Assembly: GCA_013416795.1 (NCBI GenBank)
Contig: RQSC01000022.1
Coordinates: 157,712-221,711 of the forward strand
Direction: 5' to 3'
Length of the DNA: 64,000 bases
From: Prasinococcaceae sp. CCMP 1430
Taxonomy: Eukaryota; Plantae; Prasinodermophyta
The position numbers and the translations under genes are program-made. Under the pieces are notes generated by a model. The model saw only the letters and a program-made list of their open reading frames with translations, was not told the DNA's origin and searched no databases. Below are positions 48,786 through 61,500 of the stretch, one piece after another. Within the stretch, counting starts at the first letter, position 1; every line of letters begins with the position of its first letter.

Positions 48786-49564
48786 TCACGCCTGCTCGCG
48801 GCGCTCCGCCTCCTGGCGCGCCCACGTGATGATGCTCGTGTCGGGCTTCATGTTGCCGCCCACGACGAGCACCGCCAGGCACGTCGCCATCGTCCCCCAG
48901 TAGATGGCCTGCGGGGGGCGGGAGGATGGGGGGGGTGGGGGGAGGGAGTGCACGGGAAGCGAGGCGCTGGGGGGGGGGGGGGGGGGGTGTGCACGGGAAG
49001 CGAGGCGCATGCCGCGCGTGGGCAGCGGGGGCGTCAGCCGCGCGGCGCTCGCGCAGGTGCGTGCCCATCCCCGCCACGGCCGCGCGCGCTTGGGCCGGCG
49101 CGCGCGCACGCGAACGAGCGAGCGCACACACGCACGCACACACCGGCCCACACGCGCGCGCGCGCACGCACGCGTAAACGCGCACGCGGGTGGGATAGGA
49201 GGAAGGGTCTGCGCGCGCGCGCGCACACGCACACGCGCGGGTGTGTGCGCGCACACACACGCACACGCGCACGCGCGTGGCGCACGCGCCGTGGCGCGAA
49301 CCCTAAATGAGCGCGCGACGCCCCCGCCGCTCTCGCGCGGACAGCGCCGTGCCCCGCGCGCAAGGGAGGGAGGGAGAGGGCGAGAGGGAGCGGGCCGCGC
49401 GCGCTCACCTCCCACGACTCCGCCTTGCGGTTGACGCCCGCGACGTGCGTCTCGTTGTACAGCACGCCGCCGCTCTCCTTGAGCCCCTCGGAGAAGAAGC
49501 CGCCCGGCTTGTTGATGACGTCGCCGCTGTCGCCGCCGCCCGCGCCGTAGCGCCGCCGCGGGCC
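48786..49564 (-). CDS. NDUFB11: Mitochondrial complex I ESSS subunit (first exon not located)
   Basis: NKPGGFF...RKAESWE / AIYWGTMATCLAVLVVGGNMKPDTSIITWARQEAERR: WE, one TM helix, then KPD-x-S-I-x-T-W-A. Confidence 0.75.
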
Positions 49565-49747
49565 CTGCGGGCGCGGGCGGGCGTGTCCGCGCGCGCGCAC
49601 GCCGCGCGCACGCTAGTAGTGCGCACTGCACATTAGGCCCTTACGTATGCCCCCCCCACCTCCCCCCGAGCTGGGGGTGCGTCGTACGTATGCGTGTTAG
49701 AAGAGGACTTCACGTTACCACACCTTTTTTTTTGACATCCTCTGCGC

Positions 49748-50725
49748 TCACGCGCCGTCGCCCTCCCCGCGCGCGAGGATGGCGTGCACGCCGTTGCAGT
49801 GCGCCGCGCCCAGCACGGCCACCACCGTGCGCTCGCTGCCGCCATCGCCGCCGCCGCCCGCGGCGCCCTCGACCGCCTGCGCCTCGGCGACGCACGCCTC
49901 ATGTATCTTGGCCGCGAGGATCTCGTTGCGCTTGCGCAGGAGCGCCGTCATGCCGACGCGGCTCACCAGCAGGATCTGCGCCACCTCGAGCGCGAGCACG
50001 AGCGCCTCGGCGCCCACGCCCGAGGGCATGCTGTCCGAGAACGCGGGCACCCACGCGGGCGCGAGCGCGAGCGCGCCGAACCAGCCCAGGACGAACGCCG
50101 CCGTCTTGGGCGCCTTGAGCAGCAGCGCCGCGGGGTAGCGGATGAGCGTCACCGGCGCGGTGAGCACGAGCCGCGGGTCCAGCAGGTCGGTCGCCCGCAG
50201 CCCGTCGGCGCCCGAGCTGAAGAAGGACTCCTCGGCGCCCTCGGTGAGGTCCCTGGCCACGCGCACCCAGCCGCCCTCGTGCGGGCTGAGCAGGTCCGCC
50301 ACCGTGCGCTTGGCCTCCGCTTTGAGCGCCCCGCCGAGCTCCTCGATGCCCTGGTCGCCGAGCACGAGCTTCGCGCCGTACTTCTCGCACGCGTCGGCCG
50401 CGGCCTGCATCTCGTTGGTGAGCAGGAGCCTCTTCCAGGCGCTCGCGTTCGGGTCGGCGCGCTCCTGCGCGCGCCGCCACCGCCGCTCGCACTGCTCGAG
50501 CACCACGGCGCCCAGCGCGCCGCGCTCGCCGCGCTCGGCGATCTCGCGCGTGGCGAGCGCCACCGAGTGCGGGTTGAAGTGCATGCAGCCCACCAGCACC
50601 ACGTGCGTGCGCGTGCGCGGCTCGACGAAGCTCACCGTCTGCCGGAAGAGCGGGAAGAGCGGCCGCTCGCCGCCGCCGCCGCCGCCGCTGCCGCTCTCGC
50701 CGTCGCCGCCCACCGCGGCCGCCAT
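49748..50725 (-). CDS. TraB/PrgY/GumN-family protein
   Basis: VVLVGCMH, VVLEQC, EMQAA, LVLGDQ, RKRNEILA, VVAVLGAAHCNGV. Confidence 0.82.
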   Translation of the reverse strand: MAAAVGGDGESGSGGGGGGERPLFPLFRQTVSFVEPRTRTHVVLVGCMHFNPHSVALATREIAERGERGALGAVVLEQCERRWRRAQERADPNASAWKRLLLTNEMQAAADACEKYGAKLVLGDQGIEELGGALKAEAKRTVADLLSPHEGGWVRVARDLTEGAEESFFSSGADGLRATDLLDPRLVLTAPVTLIRYPAALLLKAPKTAAFVLGWFGALALAPAWVPAFSDSMPSGVGAEALVLALEVAQILLVSRVGMTALLRKRNEILAAKIHEACVAEAQAVEGAAGGGGDGGSERTVVAVLGAAHCNGVHAILARGEGDGA

Positions 50726-50813
50726 TCGCCGAGCCCGCGCGCGCTGGCGCGCTGGCGCGCGCGCGCGCGCAAGAGGGGGGCAGAACGAGCGCTGACGCGC
50801 CGCGCTCGCGCAG

Positions 50814-51504
50814 GCGCGCGCTCGAGGACAACGACCGCACCGCGCAGCGCCAGATGCTCACCCACTGGACGGTCTGGGGAGGCTGGATACTGGCCGAGCC
50901 CACCGCCGACCGCATGTTCAGCGGGACGCCGTTCTACGGCCACGCCAAGCTGGCCTTCGCGATGTACCTCACCATTCCCTACTTCGAGGGCTCGGCAGCC
51001 GCGCTCAAGAGCGTGCTCGCGCCGGCGTTCCGCGCGCACCGCGACACGATTGACATGCTCGGCCGCCGCGTCGGCGGCTGGCTCGACCGCACCATGCACC
51101 GGCACGACGCCGAGCTCCGGTACGTGGGGGAGAAGATTCGCGTGGGGGCGTCGTACGCCGCGCGCGGGGCGCAGCACCTGCTGAACTCCGCCGGGAAGTA
51201 CGTCCCGGAGTCGCCCGGCCGACGCCGCCGCAGGCGCCGCAGCGGCGGCGGGAATGGCGTGGCGGTCGGCGACAGCGTCGACATTTCCGACGCAGACGAC
51301 GGCTGGCTCGGCAGCCTGCTCGATGCCTTCGACGGCGTGCGGGAGACCGTCGGCGGCCTCATCAGCGGCGGCGGCGGCTCCAAGGGAGGGCCCCCCGCCA
51401 ACGGGAACGGGCATGCGAACGGGAACGGACACGCGAGGGAGAACGGGAACGGACAGGCGAGCGACAAGGCGAAGGACAAGCTATTGAACGGATTCCACGA
51501 CTGA
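50814..51504 (+). CDS. HVA22/TB2-DP1 (REEP-like) protein; first exon not found
   Basis: ALEDNDRTAQRQMLTHWTVWG...PFYGHAKLAFAMYLTIPYFEGS matches the TB2/DP1 pattern. Confidence 0.75.
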
Positions 51505-51718
51505 GTAGGCGGGGGCGCTCCGAGGCGCTCCCAGTAGCGAGCTCCGCGCGAGCTCACTCGCGCACACGAGCGAGCACGCGTGCTCGCGCAGCGTCGGCTC
51601 GCGACCGACGCGCGCGCGCGCGCGGGCGCGGGCGGGCGTACGCACTCGCGCGCGCGCGCGCACACACACACACACACACGTGCACACGCGCAGGTGCGCA
51701 CGATCGGATCGCCCTGTG

Positions 51719-51807
<89 letters not shown>

Positions 51808-53043
51808 NNNNNNNNNNNNNNNNNNNNNNNNNNNNNNNNNNNNNNNNNNNNNNNNNNNNNNNNNNNNNNNNNNNNNNNNNNNNNNNNNNNNNNNNNNNNN
51901 NNNNNNNNNNNNNNNNNNNNNNNNNNNNNNNNNNNNNNNNNNNNNNNNNNNNNNNNNNNNNNNNNNNNNNNNNNNNNNNNNNNNNNNNNNNNNNNNNNNN
52001 NNNNNNNNNNNNNNNNNNNNNNNNNNNNNNNNNNNNNNNNNNNNNNNNNNNNNNNNNNNNNNNNNNNNNNNNNNNNNNNNNNNNNNNNNNNNNNNNNNNN
52101 NNNNNNNNNNNNNNNNNNNNNNNNNNNNNNNNNNNNNNNNNNNNNNNNNNNNNNNNNNNNNNNNNNNNNNNNNNNNNNNNNNNNNNNNNNNNNNNNNNNN
52201 NNNNNNNNNNNNNNNNNNNNNNNNNNNNNNNNNNNNNNNNNNNNNNNNNNNNNNNNNNNNNNNNNNNNNNNNNNNNNNNNNNNNNNNNNNNNNNNNNNNN
52301 NNNNNNNNNNNNNNNNNNNNNNNNNNNNNNNNNNNNNNNNNNNNNNNNNNNNNNNNNNNNNNNNNNNNNNNNNNNNNNNNNNNNNNNNNNNNNNNNNNNN
52401 NNNNNNNNNNNNNNNNNNNNNNNNNNNNNNNNNNNNNNNNNNNNNNNNNNNNNNNNNNNNNNNNNNNNNNNNNNNNNNNNNNNNNNNNNNNNNNNNNNNN
52501 NNNNNNNNNNNNNNNNNNNNNNNNNNNNNNNNNNNNNNNNNNNNNNNNNNNNNNNNNNNNNNNNNNNNNNNNNNNNNNNNNNNNNNNNNNNNNNNNNNNN
52601 NNNNNNNNNNNNNNNNNNNNNNNNNNNNNNNNNNNNNNNNNNNNNNNNNNNNNNNNNNNNNNNNNNNNNNNNNNNNNNNNNNNNNNNNNNNNNNNNNNNN
52701 NNNNNNGCCGGCGGCGGCGGGGCGCGCGAGTGCGCGAGTCGCCCTCCGCCTCCCAGGGGCGGCAGCAGCGGCAGCGGCCGCTCGGAGGGGGGTGCGTGCG
52801 GCGTGGCGCGTGTGCCGCGCGCGCGTACGTGCGCGTCTGTGGCCCGCGCGCGCCCAGCTTCCCGGATGGCGTACTTCGATGGGCACATCCCGTCGATTGC
52901 GAACGTCGTTTCACCTACCCCGCCGCCAATTCAGCTCCCAATCCGCACATTTCCACGTGACACCAGCGCGACGCCAAGATTCGGTCGTATTTTCCCGTGC
53001 GTCCATTTTCGTCCCCGCTTCCGCAGGATTGAAAATTTTCGAC

Positions 53044-53418
53044 CCGAAACGGCAATCCCGGGATGAGCCGGTCGACACCCGGTTCAACTCGTCCACCCCG
53101 TCAACACCCGCTCCTTCCCCAGGTGTGTCGACGCCCCTCGGGGGTTCGACCCAGGGCGCGCTGCTCGAAAAAGGCGCGCGACATCCGAAACGACAATCCC
53201 GGGATGAGCCGGTCGACACCCGGTTCAATTCGCTCCCTCCCCGGGTGTGTCGATGCCCCTCGGGGGTTTCACCCAGGGCACGCTGCTCGAAAAAGGCGCG
53301 CGACATCCGAAACGGCAATCCCGGGCTGAGCCGGTCGACACCCGGTTCATTTCATCCACCCCGTCAACACCCGCTCCTTCCCCGGGTGTGTAGATGCCTC
53401 TCGGGGGGTTGACCCAGG
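53044..53418. repeat. Three tandem 112-141 bp structured repeat units
   Basis: Units start ccgaaacg(g/a)caatcccggg at 53044, 53185 and 53307 and share gagccggtcgacacccggttca and a cc(c/t)ctcggggg...acccagg segment. Confidence 0.9.
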
Positions 53419-54363
53419 TTGCGCGCGCGCGCGCGCACTCCGATGGGACTCCGAAACTCAAACGCGGGCGGGCGCCAAAACACACACAAAAAGACGCCCT
53501 CCAAAACGTAAATTCCTTCCAAAATAGGGGCTCTCCGAAATTCTGCGCTTCGAAACGATTACAACATACGTCGATTTCAGCGCTTGGCCCAAACGACGCA
53601 TTTGAAAAGAAAAAGGATGACCGATGGTTTTTCGGTGCGCGCGCCACAGCGCGCGCGCGCCGCGCTGCGGGGCGCCAGCAGGGGCCACCCCCCTCCCTCG
53701 CCCCCTCCCTCGCTCGCTCGTCGCCCGCCGCACCCGCCCTGGGCGCGCGCGCGCGGGGAACCGTCGCGGCGCGCATCGCCTCCCGCTCGAGCGCCACCCC
53801 CGGTGCGCCCGGGCGCAGCGCTAAGACCACCACCCCCTTCCTACCGGCGCACCGCTGGCGCACCGGCGCACTGCTCCGTACTCCGCGCGCAGAAAATATC
53901 TGCGCACTCTCCAACCGCGCGCGCGCGCGCGCACCCGTGCCCGCGCGCCGCAGCACGCCGCGCACAAGCGAGGGGCGCCCCGTGAGGGAGCCTGCGCGGT
54001 GCAGGAGAAGTGGGTCGCCTGAGGTGAGGAGGCGAGGGCCGCGGGAGAGGGCGGGGCGGCGGGGGAAGGAGGGGGGGGGAGGGGGCAGCGTGGGCGCGGC
54101 GCCACGCGCGCTGTGGCGCCACGAGCACGCGCCAGCCGGCGGCGGCGCAGTGGGCAAAGATCTTCTCTTTTTCATTTCCGAGCGTTTACATTCACAGATT
54201 TCTGAACAAAAACAAAACACGTATAATGCTAATTTCGTATCTGAATTACCGTCATTTGAAGGGTGACCGCGGCCGGCGGCGGCGGGCGCGTCGGCAGCGC
54301 GGTCGGCTTTGGGTTGAATTTTTAGGGTTTATTTTGGTCATCGTGGCAGGGTTTATTTTGCAG

Positions 54364-57300
54364 GCGTTCGCGTTCGAACGCGGCGGGCGCGGGCGCGGGC
54401 GCGGGCGCGGGGTACAACTATGTCGTGACGGCCGCGAAGCCGAGCGCGGTGACGCACTCGGTCGTGGGTAACTTCACCGCGCCGGGCGAGCTCAACCTGA
54501 TCGTGGCCAAGTGCACCCGCCTGGAGATCTACCTGCTCACGCCCGAGGGCCTGCAGCCGCTGCTCGACGTGCCGCTCTACGGCCGCGTGGCGGCGATGGA
54601 GCTCATCCGGCCGGCGGGCGACGCGCAGGACTCGCTCTTCCTGTCGACGGAGCGCTACAAGTTCTCCGTGCTCGGCTACGACGCGCGCTCGGGCGAGCTG
54701 GTGACCAAGGCGGCGGGCGACGCCAAGGATCGCATCGGGCGGCCGTCGGAGTTCGGCCAGAAGGGCATCGTCGACCCCGAGTGCCGCTGCATCGGCCTGC
54801 ACCTGTACGACGGCATGCTCAAGTGCATCCCCATCACCGCCGGCGGGCAGCTCAAGGAGGCGTTCAACATGCGCCTGGAGGAGCTCGAGGTGATCGACAT
54901 GCAGTTCCTGCACCGCTGCGCGCGGCCCACGCTCGCGGTGCTCTACCGGGACGCGCAGGAGAAGCGCCACGTCAAGACGTACGTCCTGGACCTCGGCCAG
55001 AAGGACCTGGTGGACGGCCCGTGGGGGCAGCACAACGTCGAGGCGAACGCATCGCTGCTCATCCCGGTGCCCATGGGCGGCGCCGTCGTCGTGGGCGAGG
55101 CGTCCGTGGGCTACCACAACGGCGCCGAGTTCAGGATCACCAAAATCCCCTGCACCTTCATCAAGGCCGCCGGCCGCGTCGACGCGGACGGCTCGCGGTA
55201 CCTGCTCTCCGACCACCTGGGCAACCTGCAGCTGCTGGTGCTCGCGCGGCCGGGCGAGGGCGGCGGGGTGCACGGCGCGTTCCAGCCGCGCCTCGAGAAG
55301 CTCGGCACGACCTCGGCGGCGTCGACGCTGACGTACCTGGACAACGGGGTGGTGTTCGTGGGCAGCGCGCACGGCGACTCGATGCTCGTCAGGCTGTCGC
55401 GAGAGGCGAGCGCCTCCGGGTCGTACGTCGAGGTGCTGGACCGCTTCACCAACCTGGGGCCGATCGTCGACTTCCAGGTGGTGGACCTCGAGCGCCAGGG
55501 CCAGGGGCAGGTGGTGACGTGCTCGGGCGCGTACCGCGACGGCAGCCTGCGCGTGGTGCGCAACGGCGTGGGCATCAACGAGCAGGCGGCGGTGGAGCTC
55601 CCCGGCATCAAGGGCATGTGGAACCTGCGCGCGTCGGGCGCCGACGCGTACGACTCGCACCTGGTGCTCTCCTTCGTGGGCGAGACGCGCGTGCTGGCGA
55701 TCGACGAGGACGAGGTGCTCGCGGAGACCGAGATCGCCGGATTCGACGCCGGCGCGCAGAGCCTGCTGTGCGCCAACGTCGCGTTCGACCAGCTCCTCCA
55801 GGTGACGGCGCGCGGCGCGCGCCTCGTGGACGCGCGCACGGGGGCGCTCGCGGCGCGGTGGGCGCCGCCCGCGGTTTTGACGGGGGGGGCAAGCAATGGC
55901 GGCCAGTGAGGCAAAGGCGGCACCCGCCTATCAGGTCATCGACCATGTGTATGACGCCGTCATCGTCGGCGCGGGCGGCTCGGGCCTGCGCGCCACCATG
56001 GGCGCAGCAGAGGCGGGGCTGAAAACCGCCTGTATCACCAAAGTGTTCCCGACGCGGTCGCACACCGTTGCGGCACAGGGCGGCATCGCTGCCAGCCTCG
56101 GCAATAATTCCCCCGACCACTGGACCTGGCACATGTACGATACAGTCAAGGGTTCCGACTGGATCGGTGACCAGGACGCGATCGAGTACATGGTCCGCGA
56201 GGCTCCGGCCGCGGTCTATGAGCTCGAGCATGCCGGCGTGCCGTTCAGCCGCAACGACAATGGCACGATCTACCAGCGCCCGTTCGGCGGCCACATGCAG
56301 AACATGGGCGAAGGCCCGCCCGTGCAGCGCACCTGCGCCGCGGCGGACCGTACCGGCCACGCCATGCTCCACGCGCTCTACCAGCAGAGCCTGAAGTATG
56401 ACGCCGACTTCTACGTCGAATATTTCGCGCTCGACCTGATCATGGAAGATGGCGCCTGCCGCGGCGTGATCGCCTTGTGCATGGAAGACGGCTCGATCCA
56501 CCGCTTCCGTTCGCATGCCGTGGTGCTCGCCACCGGCGGCGGCGGCCTGACGCGCCTGGACGTCCTCTCGGGCGGCGAGCTGGCCCAGGGCGCGCACGTG
56601 CAGCTCGACTACGAGGCGGCGTGCGTGGACATCACTCCGGTTGGGGTGGGGGCGGTTTCGCCAAATGGGGGGGCGGGCGGCATGGAGGACGGCGGCGCCG
56701 AGCCGCGCGCGCGGCTGGCGCTGGTGGGCATGTGGACCGACCGCAGCGCGCGGGTGCTCGAGTTGCCCACGCTCAGGCAGCTCACGTCCGCCGAGCTCGG
56801 GGGCGACACCATCCCGCGCTCCGTGCTGCTCGCCGAGCTCGAGGGGGCCCCGTACGCCATGTGCGCCCTCGGCGACGGGAGCCTGGTGACGTTCGCGCTG
56901 GACGCCGCCACGGGCGCGCTCTCGGAGCGCAAGAGCGTCTCCCTCGGCACGCAGCCGATCACGCTGAGGCCCTTCAGCTCGAAGGGCTCCACGCACGTCT
57001 TCGCGGCGTCGGACAGGCCCACCGTCATCTACAGCTCCAACCGCAAGGTGCTCTACAGCAACGTCAACCTGAGCGGCGCGGTGAGCCACATGTGCCCCTT
57101 CAGCTGCGGCCCGTTCCCCGACTGCCTCGCGATGGCGGCGGGGGGCGGCCTCACCGTCGGCACCATCGACGACATCCAGAAGCTGCACATCCGCACGGTC
57201 GAGCTCGGCGAGCAGCCGCGCCGCCTGGCGCACATGGAGAGCTCGCGCTGCTTCGCGGTGTGCACGGTGAACTTCGGGGGGGGGGACGTCGCCGTTGGCG

Positions 57301-58445
57301 GAGGGGGGGACGTCGGCATGGACGCCAGGGGGGGAGAGGGCGGGGGCGTCGCGGCGGCGACGCCGGCCCACCACCACCTCGAGGAGGAGGACATGGAGCA
57401 GTCGTTCGTGCGCCTCATGGACGACACCACCTTCGAAACGCTCGCGCGCTTCCCGCTCAAGCCGTGCGAGGACGGCGCCTCGGTGGTGACGTGCACCTTC
57501 GAGGGCGACGCCACCGAGTACTTCTGCGTGGGCACCGCGTTCTGCCTCCCCACCGAGATGGAGCCCACCAGCGGGCGCATCCTGGTGTTCGCCGTGCGCG
57601 ACCGCGCGCTCGTGCTCGCCGCCGAGAGGGAGGTCAAGGGCGCGGTGTACAACCTGAGCGCGATGGCCGGCCGCCTGCTGGCCGGCATCAACTCCAAGCT
57701 CGAGCTCTTCAGGTGGGCGCCGCGCGAGGACGACGACGCGGCGCACGCGCTCGTGGGCGAGTGCGGCCACCGCGGCCACATCCTCGCGCTGTACGTGGCG
57801 ACGCGCGGCCACTACATCGTGGTGGGCGACCTGATGAAGAGCGTCAGCCTGCTCATGTACAGGCCCGAGGAGAACGCCATCGTCGAGTGCGCCCGCGACT
57901 TCAACGCCAACTGGATGTCGGCCGTGGAGGCGCTGGACGAGGACACCTTCGTGGGCGCCGAGAACTCGTACAACCTCTTCACGGTGCGCCGCAACGCCGA
58001 CGCGGGCACCGACGAGGAGCGCCAGCGCCTCGAGACGGTGGGCGAGTTCAACTCGGGCGAGTTCATCAACCGCTTCCGCCACGGCTCGCTGGTGATGCGC
58101 GCGCCGGACTCGGAGGTCGCGGCGTCCCCCACGCTGCTCTTTGGGACGATCAACGGCGTGATTGGCCTGCTGGCGAACCTGCCGCGCGAGGCGTACGAGT
58201 TCGCGCACCGGCTGCAGGGGGTGCTGCAGGGCGTCATCCAGGGCGTGGGCGGCCTGAGCCACGCCGAGTGGCGCTCGTTCGTCAACGAGCGCAAGAGCGC
58301 GAGCGCGCGGGGGTTTGTCGACGGGGACCTCATCGAGGCCTTTTTAGATCTCAAGCGGGGGAGGATGGAGGAGGTCGCTCGGTTGATGGACATGGGCGTG
58401 GAGGAAGTGTGCAGGCGAGTGGAGGAGCTCGCGCGGCTGCATTGA
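54364..58445 (+). CDS. DDB1: DNA damage-binding protein 1, interrupted at about 55874-56522 by foreign sdhA sequence
   Basis: [36 protein letters not shown]-type [34 protein letters not shown]; N- and C-terminal halves are collinear. Confidence 0.95.
55874..56540 (+). other. sdhA: Bacterial succinate dehydrogenase flavoprotein 5' fragment (about 215 codons plus upstream bases)
   Basis: ATG at 55896; [45 protein letters not shown]. No transit peptide, and more A/T-ending codons than flanking DDB1. Confidence 0.92.
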
Positions 58446-58574
58446 TAGCTAGCGTTGACGTCGGTTGAAGTTCGTCTTGCTTAAATATCTCGCTACCTAC
58501 AGTACGTGAAGCAACTTGTTGTGGCGCGTTGGTTTTTTTTTGGTTGTGTGCGTGTGTGTTGTGTGTGTGCGTGC

Positions 58575-61500
58575 CTACACGTTGGAGGGCCCGGCGCCGG
58601 CCACTGGGCCAGCGCGCGCGGCGGCAGCCGTCGCGCCGCGCTTGTAAGCCACGGCGGCAATGGCCGCAACCACCGCCAGCGCCGCCAAGCAGCCCACGAC
58701 GATGCCCACGATGGCTCCCGTCGAGAGGCCGCTGTCGCCGGAGGGTTCGTCCGAGTCGCCGCCGGTGTCCGTGCCGTTGTTGTCGGGAACGAGAGCCTCG
58801 TCGTCGGACTCGATGACGGGCGGCAGCGTGGGCGTCGGCCCGGCGGGCACGTCGGGCGCGGTGCCGGCGGCGGCCATGAGCTGCACGTTGTCCACGGCGA
58901 GCGAGCGCGGGGTGGCGGACTGCAGCACGACGGTGGTCCACGAGGCGGTCGGGTCAAACGCGCGAAGGTCGACGTGCACGCGCTTCCAGCCGCTCTCGAC
59001 GAAAGCGGGGTCGAGGTAGGCGGTATCGACCAAAACGGCGGGCAGCGCGATGCGGCCGCTCGAGAGGGCCGCGGTCGCCTCGCCGACGGGGGGCTCCAAC
59101 ATTCCAGTGCTGCGGGCGATGAGCTCCACGGTCACGCCGCCGTCCGCGCCCTCTCCTGCCATGAACACGTCCATCTCGAGCGCAGCGACGCCTTCCTTGA
59201 CGCTGAATCCGGTGCCGTCCTCCTTTGTGGCGATGGACCACGCGCCGTGCGGCGCGCTGGTGTCGATCGCGATGGCAGCCGCCGAGCCGCTGCTGGTGAG
59301 CGCGGTGGAGTCGTAGTCGACCGCCGCGGACCAGGAGGCGTCCGCCCACCCAGCGGTTAGAGAATCGCCGTACAGCACGCTCGCCACCTCGAACACCTCG
59401 CGCTGGGGCACCGGCGCCTGCGCGGCGACCGCGTCGAGGTCGTACGCGGGCTGCGGCGCGCGGGCGGCGAGCACCACGTCGTCGAGCAGCAGCGAGATTG
59501 GTCCGCTCGCGGCCGCGTTGGAGAGCGCGAACGCGGAGACCGAGCCCACGGCGCCCGAGGCCACCTGCGAGGCCACGCGGAAGTTGGCGAGGGGGACGGA
59601 CGCCAGCTGGAAGCCGGTGGCGTCGTCGGTGGTGCCGGTCATGTACGTCGTGAGCGGCTGCTTGATGCTGTTGATCGACACGGCGATCTTGGCGAGGTCG
59701 GACGGGTCGGCGCGCACCCACAGGAGCACGTAGCCCGCGAGCGGCATCGCGCCGTCGCCGTTGCCGTAGGCCGCGGTGGGAGTGAAGACCACGGACGCAC
59801 CGGGCTGCATGTCGGTCGCGCTGAGCGCGCGCTCGCCCGAGTGGGCGGTTGGGGAGTCCGGGGTGGTTGGGGGGGTGAGAGAGACCGTCACGCCGTCCGT
59901 TCCATCCACGGTGAAGTGCTTGGAGGCTAGTGACTCGCCGAAGGCGAGCGCCGTCGCGTACATGCAGCCCGCAACACCCGCCGGCCCGGCTCCTTTTGCG
60001 ACGCACGCGACGTCGGAGTCGGTGAGAGACGCCATGAGGTTGCCCGGCGCGCTCGCCAGCGGCGCGGCCGCGGGCTCGAAGGCCACCACGTCGTCGATCA
60101 GGAACGGGAATTGCGCCCCAGAGAACGACACGAACGAGATCAGGTTGTACCTCGCATGCGCGGACGCGGCGGGGAGCGACGAGGCCTCGATGTGCTGGGC
60201 GAGGTCCACCTTAACGTAGGTCCACTCGTCGGGTGCCACCTGAAGCCCCGTGAGTTGGATCTGAACCGGCGCGGGCGCGTCGGCGCCGTCGCCCGCGAGC
60301 ACGAGCGCGATCGTTGGGGTGGTGGGGGTGTCGGAGTTGGGGGCGCTTCGCACCCAGAAGCCGACGATCGCGCGAGCGCTGATGAAGCCGTCGGGGTTGG
60401 TGGCGCGGAGCCTGACGGCGCCGTACGCGCCCATATCGGCGCGGATCGCCGCGTCGCCCGTGTGCACAGGCTCGAAGGCCTGCGAGGTCAGCGAGGCGCG
60501 CGCGTTGCGCTGCGCGAACGACTGCGGGTTGACGGCGCCGTCCGCGGCAATCGACGACGCGGCGCCGACGAACGGTACGCCGGGGCTCGAGACCTCGGCG
60601 AGCTCGGCGACGGTGAGGCTGTACAGGCCGGCCTCGCCCACGCCGAACCCATCCACCACGATGTGCACCGTCGCGCCGGCGGAGATGGGGACAGCGCTCA
60701 CCACGGCGGCAGAGCCGCTCGGACACTCGGGCGGGGTGTTAGCGGCGTCGTCGGAGCAGCCGAGCACGTCCGCGTTGGGGTTGCTAGCAGCGTCCTTCAG
60801 CACGTAGATGACTGGGTCAAACGCGGGAACGCCGGCGGCCGCGTCACCAGTGGAGCAGACCACCACGCGGGCGAGCATGTCCGAAGAGGCCGTGAGCGCG
60901 TAGACGACGTCGGGCGAGCTGTGGGTGGCCTTGTCGTCGGAGTACTCGCAGCCGCCGAAGTTGAAGGAGTCGGTGTAGCCGCGAGTGTCGCGCGTGTCGG
61001 AGAAGAGTACGGCGGCGCCTTGGGCGTCCGAGAGGGCGATGAGGACGGGGCTCGCGAGGCTGTCGCCAACGCGCGTCGCCGCGTCCCCGTTGGGCGCGGC
61101 ATCGGCGGGCGCGGCGGCCGCGATGGCCTGCACCTGCGAGTCGGACAGGCCGTAGTCGAAGTACGCAACCTCCTCAACCACCGAGTCCACACCGAGGGAC
61201 GCGTCCCCGATGACCAGGTCGGCCTCGGCGTTGGGCAAGAACGCGAAGGTGTTGGACAGGTTGCTGTTGCCGTTCACCCCCGTGGACACGAGCGGCACCT
61301 CGTCCTTCGAGGCCGTGGTGGAAATGGTTGCGTTGCCCTGGAGGACGTCGGTCACGAAGACCTTGGCGGCGCCCTGCGAGAGCACGCCGGTGACGTGCGC
61401 CCACCCGCCCGGCGACGCCGCTCCCGTCGAGGCTGCGAACACCGCCTTGGTGCCCCCCGCGTCGGCGGCCACCACAGAGAAGTCCCAGGTGCAGTCAATG

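Noticed and set aside
53044-53418. Possible CRISPR array or tRNA cluster
   Set aside because: The units are more than 110 bp and homologous along their length with no unique spacers, there are no cas genes, and no cloverleaf can be formed.
55896-58445. 849-aa SdhA-DDB1 'fusion protein' as a novel gene
   Set aside because: The junction falls exactly in shared microhomology and DDB1 is otherwise collinear; treated as a probable chimera until reads confirm it.
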